Below, one piece after another: positions 7,502-15,011 of a stretch of DNA of 26,854 nt; position 1 is the first letter of the stretch; each line of letters opens with the position of its first letter. This DNA comes from Candidatus Altimarinota bacterium (GTDB lineage: Bacteria; Patescibacteriota; Gracilibacteria; UBA1369), in NCBI GenBank assembly GCA_041659405.1, contig JBAZYK010000015.1:1-26854 (forward strand), read 5' to 3'. The position numbers were made by a program, and so were the translations under genes. Below the pieces are notes generated by a model that was not told the origin of the DNA, ran no database searches, and was given only the letters and a program-made list of their open reading frames with translations.

Positions 7502-7536
7502 AAAAAGCAATTTTTCAAAAAATACATTGCTTTTTT
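7502..7536. promoter_or_regulatory. perfect 10-bp inverted repeat in the divergent intergenic region (terminator/attenuator-like)
   Basis: AAAAAGCAAT(7502-7511)...ATTGCTTTTTT(7526-7536). Confidence 0.45.
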
Positions 7537-7585
7537 CCCGCGAAAGTCTAAAAATGAGTCGGATTCTTTTTCTGCCAATGCTGAT

Positions 7586-8143
7586 ATGACTTTCTTAAAA
7601 CTGCTAGATCGACTTTTCTTCGGACCAAAAGTAACCGAGGATAAAAGCAAATTCCTCAGCGGAAAAGATATAAAAGCAAAATTCGCCCCACCAACGGAAG
7701 AAATCGGCAAAGAACTAAAAACAATCATCGCTAACCTATATGGCGGGCGATCTTTACGAATCCGCGCAGTAGATGGTGGTTCAAGTAATGGCGAAGAAAT
7801 CGAATTAACCGCTCTTGGCAATGCTTATTACGACATTGACCGCTTTGGACTTTCTTTTGTGGCATCTCCAAGACACGCCGACATGCTTTTTGTAACCGGA
7901 CCTGTCACCAGAAACCTGGAACGGGCCGTGCGCACCACTTACGAAGCCGCACCGCAGCCATGCATCGTTGTAGCCCTGGGTGATGGCGCCTGCACCGGCG
8001 GCATTTGGAAAAATTCCTATGCCGTGGTTGGCCCTGTCGAAAAAGTCATTCCCGTTCATTACAAAATCTATGGAGACCCACCAACTCCAACTCAAATTTT
8101 AAGCGGCCTTTTAAATATCTTAAAAAACAAAACTCAAAAATGA
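7586..8143 (+). CDS. hydrogenase-4/FHL/Ehr-like small subunit (NuoB/HyfI family) lacking the canonical cluster cysteines
   Basis: Family hallmarks SPRHADMLFVTGPVTRN, YEAAPQPCIVVALGDG.CTGGIW..YAVVGPVEKVIPVHYKIYGDPPTP. Cysteines replaced in DGGSSNGEE, GDGA and YGDPP. Confidence 0.85.
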   Translation: MTFLKLLDRLFFGPKVTEDKSKFLSGKDIKAKFAPPTEEIGKELKTIIANLYGGRSLRIRAVDGGSSNGEEIELTALGNAYYDIDRFGLSFVASPRHADMLFVTGPVTRNLERAVRTTYEAAPQPCIVVALGDGACTGGIWKNSYAVVGPVEKVIPVHYKIYGDPPTPTQILSGLLNILKNKTQK

Positions 8144-10152
8144 ATAATGAAGTTTTAATCACAACCGGTATTTTGGTGAGCCTGATCGGAACATTCGCAG
8201 GTGGAATTATTTCCTTATTTGGAAAAAACAATTTCATCCAGAGAACCGCGCAAATAGTTACAGCACTTGCACTTTTGCTTGGAACGGCTTCCTCGGGCGC
8301 TTTTTTAATGATGAACCTTCAACCGCTAACAATCTTTAATCTTGGAACTTTATTTCCCGGACAGTTTGTAATCGATCACCTTTCGGCAATCTTTTTTTTG
8401 CTTGTTAATGCAGTTGGATTTTTGGCGACAATCTACGGCACAAGATACGTTTTGAACGAAGCGCACCTTTATAATATTTCTTACGTCCAGTTTCTAACGT
8501 CATTTTTCCTTTTGGGAATGCAAATGGTTGTGCTTTCCACCAATGCCGTTTCCTTTCTTTTTTCCTGGGAAGTAATGTCACTCAGCAGCTTTTTATTGGT
8601 AATAGCCGACTTTAAACACTCTTCCATTAGAGCGGCAATTTTTTATTTGATCATGACTCATCTTGGAGCAGGAGCGCTTTTAGCCGGATTTCTTTTACTT
8701 TCCGGCGGTTCGTTAAGCCTTAACTTCAGCCAAATTGCTCAACTGGTTCCACAAATGTCTTCAATCACCGCCATCAGCGCATTTCTATTATTTTTCTTTG
8801 GATTTGGATCTAAATCGGGACTTTTCCCTTTTCATGGCTGGTTACCGGAAGCGCATCCACAAGCCCCAAGTCACATTTCAGCTTTAATGTCTGGAATTAT
8901 GCTAAAGATTGCCGTTTATGGATTTTTGCGGGTTATACTTTTCATGCTGCCGGTTATGCCAATCGAAATCGGCATGACAGTTACCGTAATCGGCTTATTT
9001 TCCGCAGTTTTTGGAGTTCTTTACGCTACAATTGAAACGGACATAAAACGAATTTTGGCTTTCAGCAGCATTGAAAACCTTGGTCTGATTTTTACGATGA
9101 TCGGAATTTATCTGATCGCCAAAAATTTACAAATGGATCTCCTGGCTCAAATCAGCCTTATAGTAATCTTGTTCCAGTCGATCTGCCACGCTTTTTTCAA
9201 GTCAGGTTTATTCATGAGCGCCGGCGTAATCGCCCAAACTTTCCACACCCGCAACATTGAAAAAATGGGCGGCATGGCCAAAAACATGAAACTGTTCTCT
9301 TTCGCGGTTTTGCTGCTTGCCTTAACCGCTGCGGCGTTACCACCTTCCGGTGCCTTCATTGGTGAATGGATTATTTTACAAACAATTATTGGAACCCTGG
9401 CTATTGCACCTTTAGGCTTTAAAATTATTTTGTTACTGACCTTTGTTGTGTTTGGTTTTGTTGCAGGAATGGCCGTTTTTGCCATGGTCAGATTTTTTGG
9501 AATCGCCTTTTTAGCAAAATCAAGAACAACCAACGCCCACGTTGAAGCCAATTTAAAACATGACCCGCAGGCGGAACTGCTTATACCAATCGTCATTTTG
9601 GCCTTTGTAGTTTTTGGACTGGGGTCGATTGCCCAGTTTATTACAAAAATAATCGGCAATGGCATTCTTACCGAATCTTATCAAAAAACATTTGATACAA
9701 GCTTCAACCTCTTTGGCACATCTTTCAATCCTTCAATGCTGTTGGTAATTATCGTCGCGGCAATTTTGGCGGCTTACCTCTTCCGCTATTTCACCTCAAA
9801 TCGCAAAAACGAACGCCAATATCACAGTTGGGATTGCGGCCAACCGATTGATGCTTCCATGGAATATACCGGCACAGCATTTGCTTCACCTCTGCGCTTT
9901 TTCTTTAACATGATCCTTCGCACAAATAAAAAAGTGGAATCTAAACCTGTGCTAGCCAGCAATCCCTGGATTACCAAAAAAAGCATCAGTATCGAAACTT
10001 ATCCAATTTGGGATCAATATTTTTATGAACCAATCGTCAAGCTGGTAGCTTTCATTTCGGCTAAAATCCGCAAACTTCAAAGCGGAATTATCCAGTTCTA
10101 CATCGCGTTAATTCTTATTACTCTCGTCATAACCGCAATCGCCACTCTATGA
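8140..10152 (+). CDS. hyfB: hydrogenase-4 component B-like antiporter subunit (NuoL/MrpA-like)
   Basis: GFGSKSGLFPFHGWLPEAHPQAPSHISALMSGIMLKIAVYG; MNNEVLITTG start forms an ATGA overlap with the upstream stop. The track start at 8005 is inside the upstream gene. Confidence 0.88.
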   Translation: MNNEVLITTGILVSLIGTFAGGIISLFGKNNFIQRTAQIVTALALLLGTASSGAFLMMNLQPLTIFNLGTLFPGQFVIDHLSAIFFLLVNAVGFLATIYGTRYVLNEAHLYNISYVQFLTSFFLLGMQMVVLSTNAVSFLFSWEVMSLSSFLLVIADFKHSSIRAAIFYLIMTHLGAGALLAGFLLLSGGSLSLNFSQIAQLVPQMSSITAISAFLLFFFGFGSKSGLFPFHGWLPEAHPQAPSHISALMSGIMLKIAVYGFLRVILFMLPVMPIEIGMTVTVIGLFSAVFGVLYATIETDIKRILAFSSIENLGLIFTMIGIYLIAKNLQMDLLAQISLIVILFQSICHAFFKSGLFMSAGVIAQTFHTRNIEKMGGMAKNMKLFSFAVLLLALTAAALPPSGAFIGEWIILQTIIGTLAIAPLGFKIILLLTFVVFGFVAGMAVFAMVRFFGIAFLAKSRTTNAHVEANLKHDPQAELLIPIVILAFVVFGLGSIAQFITKIIGNGILTESYQKTFDTSFNLFGTSFNPSMLLVIIVAAILAAYLFRYFTSNRKNERQYHSWDCGQPIDASMEYTGTAFASPLRFFFNMILRTNKKVESKPVLASNPWITKKSISIETYPIWDQYFYEPIVKLVAFISAKIRKLQSGIIQFYIALILITLVITAIATL

Positions 10153-11096
10153 ATCTTCTCGTCATTTTTTATCAATTTTTGATCGTTGCTTTAGTCGCTC
10201 CTTTTGCAGCGGGACTGGTTAAATTTTTTAAAGCCAGACTCCAGGGACGCCGCGGCGCATCGCCATTTTTGCCTTACTTCACAATCCTGACTCTGCTCAA
10301 AAAACAAATGGTTATTTCGGAAAGTACCTCCTGGGTTTTCCGCATTTCTCCATTCATCGTTTTTGGAACATCTTTATTCATGGCACTGGTTTTACCTTTA
10401 ATGACAGCCAATCTCGCCCTGGTAACCTTCAGCAATTTCATCATCGTTGCCGGAATTTTAATTCTTGGCGCGATTTTTCTGGTTTTTGGCGGACTCGAAT
10501 CTGCTTCCGCCTTTGGTGGAATGGGAGCAAGCCGTGAAATGACCATCACTGCTTTAATCGAACCAACGGTTTTGCTGATTTTTGGGACTCTGGCACTCAA
10601 CAGCGGAAGCACGGAAATAAGCAACATGGTGCTTCATCTCGATTTCCTTAAAAATCCTTTTATCATCCCCACAATCCTAGCTTTAGCATTGGTCGCCCTT
10701 GCCGAAAACGCCCGCTATCCGGTGGATAATCCGGCTACACATTTGGAACTTACAATGGTTCACGAAGCCATGGTTTTGGAATATTCCGGTCCATATTTGG
10801 CGTTACTTGAATATGCTTCATTTCTTAAACTGACCTTCTTTTCGTTACTGGTCGCAAATTTCATCTGGCCAATCGGCTTAATTACAGGCTCAATCACAAA
10901 CAACTTTGCTTTATCTCTTGTCATTGCTCCACTCATCCTGCTGGCAAAAATAATTGTGATGATGTTTTTATTGGCACTTTTAGAATCCACAATCGTCAAA
11001 ATGCGTTTTTATCGCATTCAGGAATATGCAACTGTAGCCTTTTTCCTGGCTCTTGGCGGAATTATTTTGACTCTTGTTAATATCACCATCCTATGA
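10149..11096 (+). CDS. hyfC: hydrogenase-4/FHL membrane subunit (NuoH-like)
   Basis: GMGASREMTITALIEPTVLL and ALAENARYPVDNPATHLELTMVHEAMVLEYSG. ATGA overlap with 8140..10152. Confidence 0.88.
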   Translation: MNLLVIFYQFLIVALVAPFAAGLVKFFKARLQGRRGASPFLPYFTILTLLKKQMVISESTSWVFRISPFIVFGTSLFMALVLPLMTANLALVTFSNFIIVAGILILGAIFLVFGGLESASAFGGMGASREMTITALIEPTVLLIFGTLALNSGSTEISNMVLHLDFLKNPFIIPTILALALVALAENARYPVDNPATHLELTMVHEAMVLEYSGPYLALLEYASFLKLTFFSLLVANFIWPIGLITGSITNNFALSLVIAPLILLAKIIVMMFLLALLESTIVKMRFYRIQEYATVAFFLALGGIILTLVNITIL

Positions 11097-11773
11097 TCTC
11101 GACCCAACTTCTTGCCGATTTTTTTGCAGGCGGACTATTACTTGCCACTTTCATGATGATCGGCAAAATCCGCTTACTGCAGATGCTCCGCTATTTTGCG
11201 ATTGCCTCCTTTTTTCTGGCTGCTCTTGGCGGAATTATCGCCTTTTCACGCGGAGAACCGGAACTGTATATCGGCTCGATCGCCACAATTCTTTTCAAGG
11301 TAATTTTTATTCCCGCCTTCATTTCTTATACAGCCAAAAAAATCCCGTCTTCCTACCAGTTAAAAATGTATATAAAACCCGCTACCACCTATTTTCTTTT
11401 CGCACTGATTTTAATTATAAGTGCGATCATTGTCAGAAATTTACCTTTAACTTTTAGCAGCAGTGACGGCATTTTCCAGGATGTGTTTTTCTTCAGAAGC
11501 CTGCTTTTTATTTCCGTTGCGCTGATTTTATCGGGATTTTTACTCATCATCATCAGAAAAGATTTATTTTCACAGGTACTTGGTTTAATGACAATCGAAA
11601 ACGGTATCGCCGCTTTTGGGCTTGTAGCCTTAAACAACGTACCCCTATTCCTGGAAATGGGCGTCTTTTTTGTGATTATGGTTAGCACGATTATCCTGGC
11701 TCTCCTCACGGAAAAAGTCCACGAAGTGTACTCAAGCGGAGACACCGAAAATTTAAATGAATTAATTGACTGA
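11093..11773 (+). CDS. hyfE: HyfE-like membrane subunit (NuoK-related)
   Basis: Position in operon, plus VLGLMTIENGIAAFGLVALNNVPLFLEMGVFFVIMVSTIILALLTEKV. ATGA overlap upstream. Confidence 0.8.
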   Translation: MISTQLLADFFAGGLLLATFMMIGKIRLLQMLRYFAIASFFLAALGGIIAFSRGEPELYIGSIATILFKVIFIPAFISYTAKKIPSSYQLKMYIKPATTYFLFALILIISAIIVRNLPLTFSSSDGIFQDVFFFRSLLFISVALILSGFLLIIIRKDLFSQVLGLMTIENGIAAFGLVALNNVPLFLEMGVFFVIMVSTIILALLTEKVHEVYSSGDTENLNELID

Positions 11774-13262
11774 TCACACTATGCCTATCCTAATTTTCGT
11801 CATCTTCACGTTAACTGCCATCTGTGCTTTTATCCCAAAGCAGGCTAAAAATGTTTTCAACCTGGTTTTGGGCATGGGCATTGTCTCTTCCGCAGTGGCT
11901 TTTTACACAATGATTCCCCCGCTATTTTCAAATCAAATTTTGGAACTGGGAGGAATGTTAAGAATCGATAAATTTTCCGCGCTGATTGGAGTTTTGATTA
12001 CAACTCTCTACTTTTTTGCGGTTTTAATCAGCCATCGCTACATTTCGGAAGAGTATCGCGAGGGAATTTTGAATTTATTTAAAGTGCGCCTTTATTATTT
12101 GCTGCTGCCATTATTTGCCCTAGCCATGTTAACCGTAATCATGGCCGACAACCTGGGATTATTGTGGCTGGCTCTGGAAACAACCACTTTAGTTACAACT
12201 CCATTGGTCGCAATTTACAAAAAAGACGGCTCGCTGGAGGCAGCTTGGAAATACATGATTTTATGTTCCCTTGGAATCAGTCTGGGACTTTTAGGAGTGC
12301 TTCTACTAAGCTACGCAGGCGTACAAAGTGGTCTTAGCGGCCTGGATTCAATGTCGATTAAAATGTTGATCACCAATGCTCCAAAAATGATTCCGGAAGT
12401 TATGAAATGGGCTTTTATTTTCTGTTTCATTGGACTTGGAACCAAAGTCGGCTTTTTCCCTTTACACACCTGGCTTCCGGACGCTCACGGCAGAACTCCG
12501 GCTCCTATTTCGGCAATGCTCTCCGGAATTCTTTTAAACGTCGCCCTTTACGCTTTATTAAGAGTTAAAGGAATCACCGATATCGCTTTAGGATCTGATC
12601 AATGGACCAATAATTTATTTTTGATTTTTGGGGTGATGTCCATAGTTGCCAGCGCCTTTTTTCTTTTCATCCAACGCAATTACAAAAGAATGTTGGCTTA
12701 TTCCAGCATGGAACACATGGGCTTAATTGCTGTAGCCATCGGCCTTGGCCCGCTTGGACTTGTTCCGGCCACCATGCACATGGTTGCCCACACACTTTCC
12801 AAATCATTACTTTTCTTTGGCTCCGGCGAAATTTTATTACACACCAAAACCGCCAAAATCTACAAAATAAAAAGCCTGATCAACCAATTACCAAAAACGG
12901 TTATTTTGTTTACCATCGGCATGATTTCCCTGCTGGCCTTCCCTCCATTTGCGACTTTTTCCAGCGAAGTAATGATTCTATCCGCGGCCATCACCAAAGG
13001 ACAAATCATCCCTTTCTTTTTGATCATAATTTCTTTGAGTATTATTTGTATCAGCTTTTTTAAACACGCTTTTGACATGTTTTCCCACAGTGAAGATCAA
13101 ACGGAAGACAGCGCTAAAATCGCTCAAGCAAAAGAAAAGTTCAATGTGACTCATCTGGTAATGATTATCCAAATTGTTCTTTTGATAGCGGGCGGAATTT
13201 TTATGTTTACCAATACCGGATTCGATTTCTTCTCAAGTATCGCTGACTCTATTTATCACTAA
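11766..13262 (+). CDS. hyfF: HyfF-like antiporter subunit (NuoM/NuoN-like)
   Basis: LALETTTLVTTPLVAIY..GSLEAAWKYMILCSLGISLGLLG and GLGTKVGFFPLHTWLPDAHGRTPAPISAMLSGILLNVALYALLR. Confidence 0.88.
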   Translation: MTDHTMPILIFVIFTLTAICAFIPKQAKNVFNLVLGMGIVSSAVAFYTMIPPLFSNQILELGGMLRIDKFSALIGVLITTLYFFAVLISHRYISEEYREGILNLFKVRLYYLLLPLFALAMLTVIMADNLGLLWLALETTTLVTTPLVAIYKKDGSLEAAWKYMILCSLGISLGLLGVLLLSYAGVQSGLSGLDSMSIKMLITNAPKMIPEVMKWAFIFCFIGLGTKVGFFPLHTWLPDAHGRTPAPISAMLSGILLNVALYALLRVKGITDIALGSDQWTNNLFLIFGVMSIVASAFFLFIQRNYKRMLAYSSMEHMGLIAVAIGLGPLGLVPATMHMVAHTLSKSLLFFGSGEILLHTKTAKIYKIKSLINQLPKTVILFTIGMISLLAFPPFATFSSEVMILSAAITKGQIIPFFLIIISLSIICISFFKHAFDMFSHSEDQTEDSAKIAQAKEKFNVTHLVMIIQIVLLIAGGIFMFTNTGFDFFSSIADSIYH

Positions 13263-13276
13263 TTTTTGGCCGCACC

Positions 13277-14908
13277 ATGGAAAAGAAAACTACAATCAGC
13301 AAAGAAAACACGCAGCGACAAGCCACAAATCAGACTTCAAACCTTGAGGTCATCAAGACCGACGCCGAACATTTTAATAACATTGTTTTCAACCTTTTGG
13401 AAAAAAATTATCGTCTTGCGCACATGTTTGCCACTGACGATATCGCTTCAAACAAAACTTTTGGAGTGCACGTTTTGCTCACACCGGAAGCCAAAAACGA
13501 ATGGATTCAAGTTTCAATTGCCTTGCCGGAAAAAAATCCCAAATACGAATCTCTGACCAAAACTTTGCCTTCCACCAACTGGTACGAAAGATACATCATG
13601 GATATGTTTGGAATTGTTGCGGAAGGTCATCCCGACCACAGAAGGCTTGTTCATCACGAAAACATGCCACTCAATACTCATCCGTTACGCAAAGATTTTG
13701 CCTGGAACACGGTTTTGAAAAAAGAAAATCATCCTCATCCAATGCATCACGTTGAGGGAAATGGCATTTATGAAATTCCGGTTGGACCGATTCACGCCGG
13801 CATTATTGAACCGGGACATTTTCGTTTTAATGTAGCCGGAGAAAGAATTATCACGCTGGAAGGAAAATTATTTTTCACCCACAAGGGCGCGGAAAAAATC
13901 ATGGAAGGGAAAAAACTTGAAGAAGCTTTACCTTTTGTTGAAAGAATTTCCACAGATTCAGCCGCAGGGCATGCATTAGCCTACTGTCAGACAGTTGAAA
14001 AAATTACCAACACCAAAATAAGTGAAAAAGCCACACTTTTAAGAACTTTGATTGCCGAATTGGAGCGCATCACCATGCACATTCATGACCTTGCAAACAT
14101 TGCCGGCATGGGAACAGGTTACAGCGTAATGGCTGCACATGGCTTTAGAATCAAAGAAAAGCTGGTTCGTTTAAGTGAAGAACTTTTTGGTAATCGTTTT
14201 TGGCGAGGATTTATTGTACCGGGCGGAGTCGACAAAGATCTGGAAAAATCAGAACTAAAACTTATTTCCGAAACGACAAAAGAGGTTGTGGAAGAAATGC
14301 AGGATCTGCTTAAAATGGGCCTTAATTCAGATGGTTTATGCGAAAGACTTGTTAGTAGTGGCGTCTTAAAACCAGAAGCGGCCAAGGCTTATGGCGCAGT
14401 TGGAATTGCCGCCAGAGCTTCGGGGATCAACATGGACACCCGCGTTGATCACCCTTATGCAGCTTATCCAAAGCTTAATTTCACAGTTGCCGTAAAACAG
14501 GGTAATGGCGTTTTTGCCCGTTACATGGTCCGCGTTGAAGAATTGGAAGCAAGTTACGCAATGGTTCAGGAACTTCTTAAATTCTTGGGACAATCAAAAG
14601 AAGTTAAAGGAAAAGCTCACGTCAAAAGTGAAATCAATTTCATAGCTGCACAAAGCGCAAACAAAGCAAATCAAAAAAACGCAGCCGCTTCGGCAAACGA
14701 AGCCATTTCCGCAGTAGAAGGCTGGCGCGGCGAAATCATTTATTTCATCCGTTTGGACGAAAAAGGCCTGATTGATCGCATTTCCGTCCGTGATCCATCA
14801 TTCTGCAACTGGCCACTTTTTGGAGAAATCGGCCCAGGCAACATCGTCCCAGACTTCCCTCTTTGCAACAAATCGCTCGACCTAAGTTATTCCGGAACGG
14901 ATTTGTAA
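13277..14908 (+). CDS. HyfG/HycE-like large subunit (NuoC-NuoD fusion architecture) lacking all four NiFe cysteines
   Basis: NuoC-like NWYERYIMDMFGI...HPDHRRLVHHE. Large-subunit VGPIHAGIIEPGHFRFNVAGE and RASGINMDTRVDHPYAAYP. L1 region ERISTDSAAGHALAY. C-terminus SLDLSYSGTDL. Confidence 0.87.
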   Translation: MEKKTTISKENTQRQATNQTSNLEVIKTDAEHFNNIVFNLLEKNYRLAHMFATDDIASNKTFGVHVLLTPEAKNEWIQVSIALPEKNPKYESLTKTLPSTNWYERYIMDMFGIVAEGHPDHRRLVHHENMPLNTHPLRKDFAWNTVLKKENHPHPMHHVEGNGIYEIPVGPIHAGIIEPGHFRFNVAGERIITLEGKLFFTHKGAEKIMEGKKLEEALPFVERISTDSAAGHALAYCQTVEKITNTKISEKATLLRTLIAELERITMHIHDLANIAGMGTGYSVMAAHGFRIKEKLVRLSEELFGNRFWRGFIVPGGVDKDLEKSELKLISETTKEVVEEMQDLLKMGLNSDGLCERLVSSGVLKPEAAKAYGAVGIAARASGINMDTRVDHPYAAYPKLNFTVAVKQGNGVFARYMVRVEELEASYAMVQELLKFLGQSKEVKGKAHVKSEINFIAAQSANKANQKNAAASANEAISAVEGWRGEIIYFIRLDEKGLIDRISVRDPSFCNWPLFGEIGPGNIVPDFPLCNKSLDLSYSGTDL

Positions 14909-15011
14909 GCCAGGAACAATCTTCAGTGTTCATTATCCAAACCCTAGGCAAAGTCGTTGATTTTCAGCCTAAAAGGTATACATTTGTGGCAAATAGCCAT
15001 ACGTATTTTTT

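Noticed and set aside
7456-7821. Upstream portion of the minus-strand ORF 7075..7821
   Set aside because: The membrane-protein homology-like part begins at METSL (7455). The extension is antisense to the small-subunit gene and spans a hairpin.
8005-8139. N-terminal extension of the NuoL-like ORF in the ORF track (start at 8005)
   Set aside because: It overlaps the small-subunit gene in another frame. The ATG at 8140, with ATGA overlap and MNNEVLITTG start, is more plausible.
9147-9665. 172-aa minus-strand ORF inside the NuoL-like gene, and similar antisense ORFs at 10274-10627, 11389-11745 and 4145-4474
   Set aside because: Antisense to well-supported conserved genes, with no family signature.
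11074-11457. Plus-strand ORF 11074..11457 overlapping the HyfE-like gene
   Set aside because: Out-of-frame, no recognisable domain, basic/aromatic composition typical of a shadow ORF.
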